A DNA stretch of 63,345 nt, filler included, from Sphaeroforma arctica JP610 (GCF_001186125.1; 4 parts of 2 records of this genome joined end to end with filler, not necessarily neighbours in it), one strand, 5' to 3'. Shown: positions 40,086 through 54,769, counted from the whole stretch's first letter. A program made the numbers and translations. Notes: generated from the letters alone by a model not told the origin.

Positions 40086-43000
40086 ATGCCGTCCGTTGTG
40101 TTTACTGAGGGGCTGCAACGCGAGGTGACGCGAGGGCTTGCAAATCCACAGCTCTTTAAGAATCATGCATCTTTAAAAAGAAATTTACAAAGGCTGGTCA
40201 ACGATGCGGAAGAACGCAGACAAAATACGAGGGAGATGGCAATAAGAGAGGCTAAGTTAGCTGAAGATAAGCTGAAATCAGACAATATAGTAGAGAAGGC
40301 TAGTAAACTGAATAAAGAGATAAAAAATAGAGATGATAAGAAAGGAGTTGCGGCGGATAATGCCACCACAGCAAAAGAGGACAAGAAGGCAACGGGAACA
40401 AACGACAGCGTAGATGTGTCTAATACAAATGAAACAGGGTCTGGAGGACTGAGTGATTCGCTCAAAGATCTTCTGCAAAAGAATACATCTGGTAAGAAGG
40501 CACCACCCATCAAAGAGTCATCGCTTCCTGATGACATCCGTGAATCGAAAGGTATGTACTACTTGACTGCACTCATTAACGTGGCTCATGTACTTAACGT
40601 TTCCAGTTTCCAACCTTGCCAGCATATTTTCTAGGCGTGTAGCTTACATTATAACTACAGCTGCAGCGAAGTGTACACCGGATTATTCAGTAAAGTTTAT
40701 ACACACACACACACACACACACGCACACAACACACTATATATATATAATAAATACATATAGATACAATATACNNNNNNNNNNNNNNNNNNNNNNNNNNNN
40801 NNNNNNNNNNNNNNNNNNNNNNNNNNNNNNNNNNNNNNNNNNNNNNNNNNNNNNNNNNNNNNNNNNNNNNNNNNNNNNNNNNNNNNNNNNNNNNNNNNNN
40901 NNNNNNNNNNNNNNNNNNNNNNNNNNNNNNNNNNNNNNNNNNNNNNNNNNNNNNNNNNNNNNNNNNNNNNNNNNNNNNNNNNNNNNNNNNNNNNNNNNNN
41001 NNNNNNNNNNNNNNNNNNNNNNNNNNNNNNNNNNNNNNNNNNNNNNNNNNNNNNNNNNNNNNNNNNNNNNNNNNNNNNNNNNNNNNNNNNNNNNNNNNNN
41101 NNNNNNNNNNNNNNNNNNNNNNNNNNNNNNNNNNNNNNNNNNNNNNNNNNNNNNNNNNNNNNNNNNNNNNNNNNNNNNNNNNNNNNNNNNNNNNNNNNNN
41201 NNNNNNNNNNNNNNNNNNNNNNNNNNNNNNNNNNNNNNNNNNNNNNNNNNNNNNNNNNNNNNNNNNNNNNNNNNNNNNNNNNNNNNNNNNNNNNNNNNNN
41301 NNNNNNNNNNNNNNNNNNNNNNNNNNNNNNNNNNNNNNNNNNNNNNNNNNNNNNNNNNNNNNNNNNNNNNNNNNNNNNNNNNNNNNNNNNNNNNNNNNNN
41401 NNNNNNNNNNNNTTCACAGATTCTTGCACATTATATTTTATTGTACTCGTTATCAATATATGTGTTCGACACACCATGCTTTCGACAGGTGTACCTCAAC
41501 ATTGAGATCGAGGGTCGTGATGATTTTTCACTGTACATCTGCCATACATCTTTTACAAGTCATAGCACTGGCGATCTAACAGTTATTTATGTCTGATCAT
41601 TGACAATTTTGCCATTTGTATGCAATGTTTTGCACTTTTGACAATAGTAAAGTATACTAAGTGGTTCGAATTATGTATATCCATGTACCTAGGGGGGTAT
41701 TCACTTTTAAATGATACGGTATAAATATGTCTGGATCAAAATCTTCAGATTCACTTGTGCATTTCTAAAGACGAATTGGATTCTATTTTATGCCATCAAA
41801 CAGATACAACCTTGTTCAAATCTCAAAGAGTCGCTGAGAAGGAGGAAACCCTTCCAGAGACTCCCAAAGTCCCTGTCACGATACCCTTTGCGCTGGTGAA
41901 GGACTATTGGGAATTGGCACGAGCAGCCGATCAGTATGAGGGACGTTTGTTTGAGCTTTTGCTCGGAAGTGAGATATACGAGACACCTTACGTTCCACCG
42001 CCCAAGGTGTGTAGACAGTTATTAAGATTCCGCTAGCGGTCAGTATTTGTACTTACATATCTGATATGGCTATACTCACTCAAATATGTGTTACGATAAA
42101 TATAATATCTATCAGTATCATGCTTCGACTCGTTGACATAACACACCACTATACACATGTTTGTGCAGTGTCCAGAACTTGTGCACAGGTTGAAACGGCT
42201 CGAAATCATGTCACAAGAAGCAGAGTACAGGCGGATGACCAGAAATGTAGACACTTCTCGAATCCGAAAAGATGCGCAAACGGACGCTCGTGAGCTGAAG
42301 GTAAAAAACATTTAGTCTTACATATTTGTTTAGTAATTCTAGGCGTAGTATCCGAGATTGATGTTAATTCGTCGTATACGCCCATGATATCGGTTCCCAA
42401 TAGCACAATCGGTTTCTGCATGGTGAATAGTTATCTCGTACAGCTTGAGACCAACAACGGTGCAACCAGATTTATACTATTTTATGTGATGTACGTTATT
42501 GTGATATGGTGTATCATAGTGTTGTTGTACATCGCTGTAATTCTAAGCCAATAGGATTTTCACAGTATGAATTTAAGCTATTGTGAGATCTTGGTATGGA
42601 TACGAGCTTATCAATATATACACACGGACAGCACGAGATGATTTCTCGTACATTTGGCAATACACACACACAATGTATGTATGTAGGTATGTATGTATGT
42701 TTTTATGGTCATATTCCTCGAAATCACAGGGACAGTTAGTCGCAACTTACAGGACACAGACTCACAGTCGGACAGGACATACTCTGTACGAAATATTTTG
42801 TCTTGTGGTTATGAGGATCTTATATAATGCTCTACATTGACTATCCAACTACTAGTGATACACAGTCTGCCGTGTTCTGCTTGAATCTCTCCCTCTATAC
42901 CTAGACTATTCACGCAGGTATATACTAAGTGCATAATATATGTTTTGTATGTATGTATGTATGTATGTATGGATGTATGTATGTATGTATGTATGTATGT

Positions 43001-43965
43001 AGGTATGTATGTATGTATGTATGTATGTATGTATGTATGTATGTTTGTATGTGTGTATGTGTGTATGTATGTATGTATGTATGTATGTATGTATATATGT
43101 GTGCCGATGTTTGTGCAGTGGTGAACTACTTGATATGCTATACTCTAATCGAGCTGCGAATAAAAGTATGCTGCCTTGTTAATACATGTTTGACGTCTAG
43201 TTCAGCTCAGTGGGATTGTTCTACCTCCAAGTGGGTGTCTACCGTATGAGCAAAATTTGCGCTCAGGTTCTATACCGATATCAATACCTGCTTATAACTT
43301 CTTGTACACTACAATTTATCCATAGGGTGTGAAGCAACAGTTCTTCATGCTTGTCAACGTGGTGCTATCGGCCGGAGGTGTTTATCTCGCTGCGTACTAC
43401 GCACTTTACAACCAACTCAGCTACGGACCTGTAAGTACCACTACACCTGAGACACAGATACGTGCACAGAATTTTTTCTTCGCTGAATGATATGTACTCG
43501 ACAGAATGATCAACCGTTGACAACATACATATAACGCTAAATCTAATTTCCGCTCAGTTGCTAGAACATCCGCGCTGTACGAAAGTAGCACTACCTATGC
43601 CACCCTTGAGGTTTGCTGCTTTAAATCCTTCAGGATTGTCGATATTCTCATGCAATGGCAATCGTATCGACCTTTTTTCCAGTGACTAATTCTACTGAAT
43701 TTGCCTCAATACTTTGTGCGCTTTCCTGCAGCGTGTGGGTGTCTCAACATTGGCTATGGTCGTCGCCGTGGTAGCTGAAATTTGGCTGTTCCTGAAGGGC
43801 GAAATCTTCTACAACAATTTCGAGAAGCCTTCAAAAGATCGGGAAGAGAAGAAACGTGTGGACGCAATGGTTAGTAGTGCGATGGGAAACTCTGAAAAGA
43901 CTAGCGCGATGAGGAATAGTACCGAAAGTACTGTGCTTGCAGAAGAGAGCAAAAAAGAAAGTTAA
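40086..43965 (+). CDS. TMEM199: V-ATPase assembly factor Vma12/TMEM199 with a long N-terminal charged region; spans the gap
   Basis: IPFALVK...LFELLLGSEIY..PYVPPPK, PELVHRLKRLE..QEAEYRRMTRNV, two C-terminal hydrophobic segments (exons ~43326-43409 and 43732-43965), and a C-terminal KKES* dilysine motif. Confidence 0.85.
42947..43100. repeat. (TATG)n intronic microsatellite
   Basis: Read directly from the sequence. Confidence 0.9.
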
Positions 43966-46253
43966 GTCACGGATATAAATGCACGGCACCGTTCAATAAA
44001 AAGTCAAGCAGAACTGAGGTACCATTGAGTAGCAAATGCAAAAGGTGGACGGTAGTACCACCGAGATAAAAATCTACGTCATTCTCGACACGTTTAGTAA
44101 TACGGTTGCTACTACTAAGAGACTTCAGAGCTAGATTTTACTTTGAAAAACAAGAAGTACACTCATTTCTACGCTATGTGCGGAGTCTCAAGTGTCAAAG
44201 TAAAAGTTTAAACACACATGTTTCTGCTACTACATTTGAGTAACAAAGCCTGTTCATTTATACTCGTTGCGCATTGTGCCCGAGATGGACTCTCTAGCTG
44301 TACGGTCGGGTTGGCGGGAGTGTCTGTAAACCTGACGTAATCTTGTGCGCACGTTGTCATTGCGCGATAGAAAAGCAAAGGCGCAAGTCCTTAGCTTAGA
44401 AATCCGTGTCTAGCTTGACTAGTTTCTATATATTATGCTTCAAGTAGTCTGTTGTTCGCGTATACGCCCTCAGATATTCGATACACACGGATGTTGACTG
44501 AAATACAATATGGGCTAACGTCCAGACCACAGTTGCGTCATCGACGCTGAACGGATTGCTATTGGTTGCCGTCTTTCCATTTGATCGATAGCACAGCATG
44601 GTCTAGCAAATGCATTGCAGTGCGTTCTGCTCATCTGCAGTTGTAATGGCCAGGCATGTCAGCATTCATCGAATAGCGTACTACAATAACAGTAGCGTCT
44701 GGTGCATTTGACGTGAAGCACTATGGCACACTCAACCGACAAGTCTGGTACAATACACAAGCACAACGCACCCTCGCCAACATCTGCACAGCACTACATC
44801 TGCATGCAACCGTGCGACGTGATGTTTTCTAGCGTAGACATCTTCAGCTGACGAGGGCATAGTATACAACAATGGTCACAACTGGCAATGATATATAAGT
44901 CGCACTCTAGCCCACGATGTAAGCCAACATATGCCGTACATGACCCCACGGGACTGGCAGCGGCAATACTTATACAGCTTCCATCGAGGTCTCGTACATC
45001 TAGTTCTTTATCCCTTGGATTCCTAATCTATAGCAGTGCTAATTCGCTAGCGCGAGTCCACCGAATCAATCGACCACAGGTGGCCCAATTTGCAGAGCAG
45101 GTCTACACCTATTCTCAGAGCATGGCGTATCCTTGAGTCCGCTCACAGATCTTCTTAGACAGACAGGGCTGTACTGATTTAGAGGTTTGCGATATATTCC
45201 GCGCTGTACTGAAAGTCCAAGCGGTGATTTTCCTTTGGTGAGCATTTTCGGAATAGAAGGTCCGTCCCTTCTTACTGCGACTAGTAGCGCCTGCCAGATT
45301 AATACCTCAGGCTCAGATCGGCGGGCAACAGCAGCTACCTCTCAGTCTATATGTATTATCAGTGATCTGCGCCTGCACTCTTCAACAATCGAAATATACT
45401 CAGACCTGCTGGTTGTCTACGGTTTGATTGATTGCGAAGTGGTTCTTACGCGTGCCGCTGTCTCAGATGGATTAGACTGTGGGCCTGTAACTAATGTCGA
45501 CGAGGGCTATGCTCGCGGATGTGGTCATTCTCGGGCGTGTGGTCTCAGAGTAGTGCGTCGTCAGCTCGCGAACGGCTTGAAAGGTGAGTTCTTTAACTAA
45601 ATGTACTCTACTTGCAGATAGACTCATCCACGAAGCTGCAGTATCAGAGTGGTGTGACTACGGGTGGTGTACCCAAACGCCATATAACACGTCTGCGCCG
45701 CTCTCACAAGCCAGCTCACTCTGTTTGCGTATGCAAATGAACCATACAATCAGGACGTATCGCCTGACGCTACTGCATGCCACCAGCAGAGAATGTGGCG
45801 GGCGCTATATGCGGGCGTTGAAGGACGCTGCCATTCCGCTGCGTTATGACACGGTAGCATATTACGACGACAATAGCAGAGCTTACCATTCTCGATGTTA
45901 GGACATTCCTCATCTATCCGCCAGCACCTTTCCAAGTCGGGTTCATTGCTCCGTTGCGTGCTAGCCGTAGTAGACACTGTATATCAACGTGGGTTTAGCC
46001 ATGGCATTGGTGTTGGTTGCCGTTTACAGAGGACGACACCCGCCGTGACCATAGCCGGTACTAGCGTCTAGCGTTAGCGGTCAGCTTTGCTACTACCGAA
46101 TTCCGAACAATCACATACAGTGTGCATTTATAATCAGCAGCAGCTATTGTCATGTTCGCAACTCACATTGTGCCTTGAGCGCTAAAGTACCTTATCAAGA
46201 TGGAACCAGTCCTCTTCATGCTTGTGGGTAATCTACTTGTCCGTAGCGCTCGG

Positions 46254-49200
46254 CTATAAAACAAGTTCACACCTAGTGACAGCACTGTCGCAAGCTTCCA
46301 CATTGCCACCCACAAAGCACGTCGAATTGTCACTCAGTGGGTATTCGGTGTATGGAAAAGTCGACGGCAAACACAATTGAACATTGTCCATGACTGTGAC
46401 ATTCCCTGACAACAGATTGCCAAAATCTAGGTTCTGCAGAACCGTGTTCCCGGTCACTACCACTGAACCGTTGCCCTAAGGAACAGAGAGAAGAATCAAA
46501 TTGGTGAGTTTCAAACCATAGAGCTGAAAAGTGTGTAGGATTGTGGGTAGATGCAAGCTTACGGAAAGTAGAAAGCTACAACCGATCGATGAAGTTGTTA
46601 AGCGAACAATGTGGGGTTTAGATAGAGATAGGAAAGTTTCGGCGAGCTTTAGACATTGACAGCTATGATGTACATGATATATGTCCACCTTCACAACACA
46701 ATAACGAAACACGAGACTTAAACGAAATTGCTTGATTAGGAAGCTCGTACATGCTTGCATTCACCCCCGACGACAGAGAGATGAGTCACGCTATTGTCTC
46801 TCAAATAACTACATGTTAGACGTATAGTCGCCACAGAATAGACCTCAACTAACATACCAAGTGATCGGGTGAGATGTGATACTGGACGAGATAGTGCAAG
46901 CGACAAATTTGTCCGTTAAAAATGGGACTACATGCGCACACACGCATAGACACATTTGTGCTTGCGGCCAATGCGGTCCATGTACTATTAGAATTGTTCG
47001 TGTGTCCTCAGAGCACCCGTTAATATATGCAAACTAACGATCTCTAAAGCAATAAAATCGTCTCAGATCGCATCATATTAAAAATGCACACACAATCACA
47101 TGTCCGGTTTCTGCACGTTGTAACTCGTCGGGACTATAAATTATAACCTGATGGGTACAAAATTTCGTTCCTCCATTCAAGTCTCATTACTTCTCTAGTG
47201 ATAGTATGTGCACAAAGGTGTTCACCGATTTTAAGACAGGGAATGGGGAAAACGATATACGTACATCACAATCGGTCATATCCGGTCTAGGTACTTCGCT
47301 GACAAGCATCAGAACGAGTGGGACAGATTCATATGAGATATACTGCATAAACTTACGTTCTCCAGAGACGGGAAGGAGATATTGGTGAGCGCCATATTAT
47401 CGTTAATCCGATGATTCTGTGCTATCACACTCAAATTCGGTGCGGAAACGGACACCAAGCTCAGACTGTCGCCAACTAAAAAGTACGACGAGTACAGGTC
47501 CAGAACCACATCGCCGTACACGAAGATAGCCCAGAACACGCCACTGGACTGTATGCCGGCTTCCATCTCCGTCAACGCAGGGAAGTTCAATTCCTGCAAC
47601 CGCGGGTTAAGGAAGAACACCACCGCCGACGACGACTGCAGCAGTGGCATCTGCACCGACAACAGGTTGTTGTTGGAGAACATCCCGATGGACCCCTCTG
47701 TCCAGTTGGGCAAGTCGATGGACACTATGTCGCACCGATCGATCACAATGGAGTTGATAGTGGACATCAGGAGCGTCAGGTTTGCGATACCGGCTGTGTC
47801 CTCGAGTACAATGCTGTTGATAGACTGTGAGGGAGATACACCAGGAAAGGGTAAGCGGTTGACAAGGAAAATGTCAATGTTTAGAGATGAAAGATGTATG
47901 AGCGGCTTTAGGGTTTCGCATGAGCAATTTTCGGATTTTTGCATCAGCGGTTTTAGTGGTTTTTTCATGTGCGGTTTTAGGAGATTTGCATGAGCAGATT
48001 TAAATCAAGTATAGGCACTCGGTAAGTGACGTTCCGCATATCGCCTCTGACTTCGAGTACAATGCTGTTGATTATAGGACTTGCGGTCCGAGAGGGTTAA
48101 AATTTGACGTGTTACATATGGATAAATGTTATGTTAGATATACGAGGGATGAGGATATGTTAACATATGCGCTTTAATTGCGACCCTCGATACATTTTCC
48201 GATGAACACTTACGATAATTGCCTGTGAAGATATGTATGGCATTAAACTTGGAACAAAGCACTGATGGGAAAATTTTCTACAGGCTGCCTGAGCTACAAG
48301 TTATAGTACAGTAACAATTTGCAACACGCCATTGATATTGAGCCGACTAGAGCTCTTCTCGTAAATGTCATATATTGTCGTCATGAATACCAAAATGACT
48401 ATCTAGCACAGTTCGAAGAGTAATTGCTCCATTTATCCGCTTCGCTGAGCTGAAATATTGTGGATCACGTCGATTTTGAAAGTACAAGAGCAGTAAACAC
48501 TATATTTAATCGTTCGCATCTATTAGCTGGATGCATGTCCCAACTAACACACCACGTTCGCAATTCGCTAGGACAAGGAAAATGAGACAAGGAAAATGCA
48601 ACATACTTCCAACAGTTCCAGTCCTTCGAGCGTGAAATTGCCATTCTGCTGGACCTTGATGTTATTCAATATAGTCATTTCGGGGAAGCGTAGTATGATG
48701 TGCTGGATGTTATTGTTTATCTCCAGCGACTGTGAGAAAAGAACAGACATCTGATGAACTATGTTGCAAGCTAAAAAAAATTCAACGAAACAACCATAAG
48801 CGTAGAAGATAGCATTGCCTAGCAGCACTTGAACAATGAAGAACCGAGGAACTTGCACCTAAGTTAAATAAATAACTGAAGAACTGACACCTAAGTGAAG
48901 CAAAAGAACTGAAGAACTGACACCTAAGTGAAACAAAAGATCGGAAGGACTGACACCTAAGTGAAACACAAGAACTGAAGAACTGACACCAAAGTGAAAC
49001 ACATCTGGGGATGAAAAGAAGCACATGCATCTGCAAAGTCTTACATCGATTCTCTCCATTGCCATGAACTCATATGCGGCAGAGGCCACGTACGAATCAC
49101 TGAGGAGGAAGAGGGATATATTCAAAAATCAGTATAAATGAGCGGATCGAAAAACAAATAAAGAATCAGAGCGATATTTGATGATGCCGTATACGATGCC

Positions 49201-52200
49201 AATTCATACATAATTTTAATATGACACCAGCACCGATTACAAAGATACAAGGAAACAGAAAGGGAGATATGCCAAGAATTTGCATATAAGAAAGGAATAA
49301 ATTTCAAAGAGAAAAAGCAATCCTGTTCGGCATGCTTGGTTTCTTCTCACACTACCTACAGCTCTGTCGACGAAATCAGATGGTCTTATTTTGGAGTCTA
49401 GACTGGTTTGTAATTAAAAATTTCTTCGTGTGTGTGTGTGTGTGTGTGAGTGGGGAGGGGTTGGTGAAGTATGGCCGTCAATGTGTTATGCGCGGTGTAT
49501 GGGACTGGTATGCAGGACTGGTATGCAACTATATACAGTAGCTCCAATCATCATACTAATTATGATGAACCACCTACCATATTTGCAAATTGCGAACAGT
49601 TGTTAACCTGGGGAACTCAATCTTGGACGACACCACCATCCCGCATAGAACCCCATCTGTCACCGTTTCTAGATTATCCATAATTATATGGCTGAAGAAG
49701 TACAGTCTGTGCACATAAAAAAATTGGGATACAAAAATTGAATGTGATTTCCGTTACTCGGTAGGTAATAGAGCACCGACTTGCAAATCTCCAATGGATA
49801 AACAAACTATTTAAAAATGTTCTCTAATAGCCTACGCTGGTTCAACACCATTTGCTGGTGCTGGCATGCATGCGAACGAAATAAATGCCCGGAAATTCAC
49901 TAAAAGTCTCATATAACGCACTAAATTAACCATGTAAAACGCCGACACAATTGCAGCACATACAAAGGTACATACCGCTGAAAATTCATACTCAAAGCCG
50001 TCGTCAGCGATCGCAAGTTGAGTGTGATATTCCTAGGAAAGGTGATTTGATTTATACCACCATTTCGCTCGAAGTCCTGTAGTTCAAGGAAGAGTACATC
50101 GTATTCTTCCGGCGTGAAGACCTTAGGGTTGATCACATCGGTAGCGATTTCACTGTTAATGTCTGTGATGTACAGCTGTAGGTGAAGGTAAAGCATACCA
50201 CAGTAAATTGTCGACACCACTAACAAAACCCACCCGATACTTGATGGAGATATGCAGCATACATTAGAAGTGCGGAAAAAGCTACTCGCAAGTTGTCGGT
50301 GAACAAGATGTTCTTGAAGACCTAGACACTCCTGTCACATCATGCTACAACAATTAAATACCGCAGCAAATCATGCCTTTATGAAACAACCGCTACTAGA
50401 GAACCAGACAGTGGCCGTACACTCCATATCAAGCAAATACATGCTGTGAAATGTTGCGCATTTCACGAACACAATTTGAAGCCAAGGTACATTTTTCTCA
50501 CCAGTGATAACAACAGAAAACTAACCAAATAAGTATAGCCGTACAATTGTAAGCAAACAAGCACACAACAATCGTATACGCACACCATAAAGATGGTCCT
50601 TAGAAACGGGGCAATGATATGATAAAACATAAAGCAACCAAGTGCAGAGACGGTCATCAGTAACGAGGCACTGAATCCGCTGTGATATATGATTAACAAA
50701 CATAAACAACCAAATACAGCCTGCACCTTGAAGTGAAGTAAGTACACACAACAATCTTTTGCGCATACCACAAGACGCGTTCTGCGACATCGGGGCAATA
50801 ATGAACAAATGAAACCACATAGAACCGAATTTAGCTATTCATTGCATTGAAGAACGCGCACACACCGACCATTCAAGCATACCACGGAGACGTTCTCCAG
50901 CAACGGTACACTGATTTCGCCTACGATAATGGAGTTGGCCACCTCGAAAGTGACAAACTTGGTGGCACTCGGGAAAGTTAAACCCGTGAACGAGCAGTCA
51001 GCAATGACGATGGTAGTCGCAGACAACAGGACAGGGAATGTGAGATTTTGCAGCGACCTCAAACCGGCAATCCTTATATACTCGCTGGGAAATGCAGGGA
51101 AAATGTATAATGGAGGGTCATTGGAATAGTCAGGGAGTGCAGTGGAAAGTACATGAATGACAACGGCATAAGGTATGCGAGGTTCTAAAGAAATCTCAAC
51201 CTGTCGATCTTTATATAGTCTCCTAGAAATTAGCTTGTGCGTACAGTGGAGGAAACATTCAAAGGGTCGGGATACGCAGGACGTAGGCGGGTGTGTCGTG
51301 GAAAAGTATGCAAATGAATCGATGAACGTTGCGGACAGCTTAGGCAATGCAAAGTTCTGTAGCGGAACCAGCCTATCAACCTTGTTATATTTAATGCAGC
51401 ATGGGAATGTAGTGCGGACACCATGGGAATAGTCAGGGTTGATTGCAGGTGGGTGTATATTAAAAAGTACCCGATTCGTCTACTGTGTGGGTGTTGTGGA
51501 GGATCTTAGGATTAGACAGGGTATTGTGAAGTGGACAAGTATGAGAAGCATGTACGTGAAGCTGCATAGCCGGATGGCGACAGCCACAACAGACATATAT
51601 ATGAGTGTGTGTGTATGTGTGTGTGTGTGTGATCTATTTATATTCATAATTATATAATATTTGGACTGTACAACAGTATATACCTAGGCTTTCCTTAATA
51701 AAAATTCAAATGCGACGACAAAGGGAATGTTAAATCACCTACGATTGATCATATACTATGCAACACTCAAATAGTTTATGTACAAGTAACACTACGATAA
51801 AAGCCCGCCTCTCAGAGCAAACGAGGACGAGAGAATGCTGACAAACAGAACACAAAACACTACACTTTCCATTTGCGGGTGAAATCAGGTTTACGTCTAT
51901 CGCTATCTACATATCAAATGCTAGAAGTTATCACGCGTTCCAATTCACCAACCGCGATATCAAAATTGTATTCATATGCACGCGAGTTGCGAAATGGCAA
52001 GCAAAAAAGGGTACATCCGAACGGAAGGTCAAACAAAAAGTCTTGCTTAAGACAACAGCCCACACCACGCTCACACGTGTAGGCCATCATGGGAAGGTCT
52101 ATTTCAGTGATATAATGAAGGTCACACAAAATGTCTTGCTTACGAGAACAGCCCACACCCTGCACATACGTGTAGGCCAATATGGGAAAGTCTATATCCG

Positions 52201-53929
52201 TAATAAAATGCATATCGCTGTCGTGGCATCGATTGTTGTCCATGATGATGTTCAACGAAGCATTGCTCAGATTGGGGAAGGAGAAACTCGTGGGTGCCAG
52301 CAGGCCACTGCACTCTATCGTGAGGTTGACTATTGACTTCGCAATCGTCAATGTGCTGTGATGTATTAGAGTGCGCGCGGTTCAGGGATTGCATATAGTA
52401 TATTAAGGTCAATATACATCGCATTGCAAATCAGAATCTCAAATGGGGGCAAGTGATTGTATATGATATGAATGCATAAGGTTTACAGGACTCAAGAAAA
52501 TACAGCAGTTATAGGAATGACGTCACCACGGTTTCGAAACGCACTCATAAGACAAATATATGAATATCGAACAGTACAGATTGGATATGTCCGCACGCCT
52601 TGAAATCTCGACTGAGGACAACTTGTGATCGGCTTCTCACTGAAGTCTAAACAGGCACCTCACCATACTAGTAAGCCCCATATTTGACTACAAGTCTGAA
52701 GCTGTTGATGCTTACGATAATATGCGGTGATACAAAAACTACGAGAAATTAATATGTAGGCCTATAAATTTTGTTCCGAACTATTGCATCACATAGATTG
52801 TCCTTAACCAGCATAATAGCTACACAAAGCATTCATACCCCACGCCGTTGAAGTTGCTGAAGGTGACCTCTGCGAAGTGGTTACAGCCTTTAGCATTGAC
52901 TTTATGTAGCTCCGCTTCGTTGGTAATTATCTTCGTCGTAAAATTGAGGCATGGGTCCGGGGCATCGGTTTGAAGCAGAACCCTAATGATTTACATACCG
53001 CACAAAAAAAAGAAGAGGGCTGAGATCTCGCAATGTTTCAGGGTTTATGGCGTATGCCTTAAAGTGGTTTAGAGTTCCAGGTCACGCTTGTATGCGAGTA
53101 ATCTATTTTGATTTGGGTAGAGTGCTGGCACATACTTTTGTGTTATAAAATTTAATTGGTAATCACATAGAACTTAAAAAACCAAAACATTATGCGTACT
53201 TCCGCGCTATAAAATTTGATTGGGAATCAGAAAGAACTTGGGAAAAAAATCTATAAAGACACACTGTCCCAATATTCTAGTAGAGATAGCCACAGGGTTG
53301 ATACAAACACCACAAATACCGGCAAAACATGGTACAAAAAGTGAGCCTACGACATATACTCGAAACAACCAAAACATTGCCAGTAAGGAAGCCATATCAC
53401 TCCCAAGGATAGTATAATGACCATCGTAATTAAAGACAACGGAATAAGATTTGATATGCGAGATCCATTCTGACAGAACTAGAAGGATGCGACGACTTCT
53501 CCATCTAAGAGAATTTACACTGCTTCAAACAAAACAAGTGCGATGATATGGTCAATTCCGGTAAGGCAAGCACTTACACTAGATAGCAACAACGGACATA
53601 GGAAACGGACAACATCAAACTACCAGGCGAACAATGAACCTATTCACAACTACAGTCAGCATAACCAAACAATATGAACGTCTCAGGAAGCAACTAACCC
53701 GGCTGCCACTGCAGGTAGCAACACCAGGTGACAGCAACCGACTAAGAACGCAACTTACACAATCACAACTATAGCCAGCAATACCAGTGTGACTATAAAC
53801 AGTGCCACTGCGATAAGGTAACGGACGCGGTTCCGTTTGTACCGCTCCTCTAATTTGGCCATGGCCATTTGCAGCGCGGTCAGGTCCAGATTGGAATCAC
53901 TGTCCTCCAGCTCCACAACCGGGTTCTCT
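46254..53929 (-). CDS. Multi-exon type II membrane protein with extracellular receptor-L-domain/Ecm33-like leucine-rich repeats
   Basis: KRNRVR followed by the TM segment YLIAVALFIVTLVLLAIVVIVAAGVLL, then ITNEAELHKVNAKGC. Repeated FPxL/LPxL units follow (FSFPNLSNA, LTFPVLLSA, LRFPEMT, LNFPALTEM, ISFPSLEN) with many N-x-S/T sites. The true start and end are not resolved. Confidence 0.7.
48872..49002. repeat. Intronic minisatellite, 4 x 33 bp (AAGAACTGAAGAACTGACACCTAAGTGAAACAC)
   Basis: Head-to-tail units with no unique spacers. Confidence 0.9.
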
Positions 53930-54769
53930 GTTACGGTGGTAGAGCACGAATCAATTAAAAATCAGCACCTTTGCATAGACCCTTGACTGATATGTGTGAG
54001 CGCATTGGACGTGATATTCGTGAGCTTTGCACCCTGACTCAAAATACACGAAGTAGCCGACCGTGAGGTCAATGACAGACGTACAAATGCTAAGATGCGC
54101 GAGCTCCCACCAACGGCACACTTGGTGCAGAACGAAAGTGGATCAAATAACGATACCTATGCGTGACCTACTATATGATTGGCAACAGAAAAATCTTCTC
54201 AGAACATTGGGGAACAATCTTGCCACAACATTCCGAAACAAATTTAGGCGATACACAAAACTGTCGATCTATACCATCGATGTGGGCAATGAGAAGATCA
54301 GTGGAACCGAACATTTATATATGCATTGCAGTACCAGACCAAGACAATATTGCTCCCCACTGGTGGGTGGCAAAGATGCTAGAGATAGTTAAATTTTATA
54401 AAGTACGAATCAACTGATCAATACATTTTTGCGATTATTTTATTGTGCGATCAATCACACAAACATCTACACTTCAGCTGTTGCACATACTCTTTAGAAT
54501 CTCAATATAACGATCACGCTGGCTTTCATCTCTCTGCATCAGCTGCCGAATATGGTAGTAAAAATAGATATCAGTGTGCAATTGTATACAGTTATGCATT
54601 CAAAAATGGAGGACAGCAAAACAGATGACAAAAAAAACCCCCACGTCGTACTTCCGCGCATCCATCACTATTGCAAACACAGACAAGACCGTAGACGAAT
54701 CCTGTGAGAATCCGTTGCAAATATATATAGTAGAAGTGACCGACAAAACGGAATATGTACTATCATGAT

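Noticed and set aside
40683..41477. 264-aa ORF
   Set aside because: Almost entirely N-gap.
44250..46100. GC-richer stretch with ORFs 45187-45600 and 45584-45901
   Set aside because: No recognisable motifs or coherent splice pattern; may be a UTR or an old TE remnant, so left unannotated.
48872..49002. 33-bp repeats resembling a CRISPR array
   Set aside because: The units are contiguous with no unique spacers, no cas genes are present, and the site is a eukaryotic intron.
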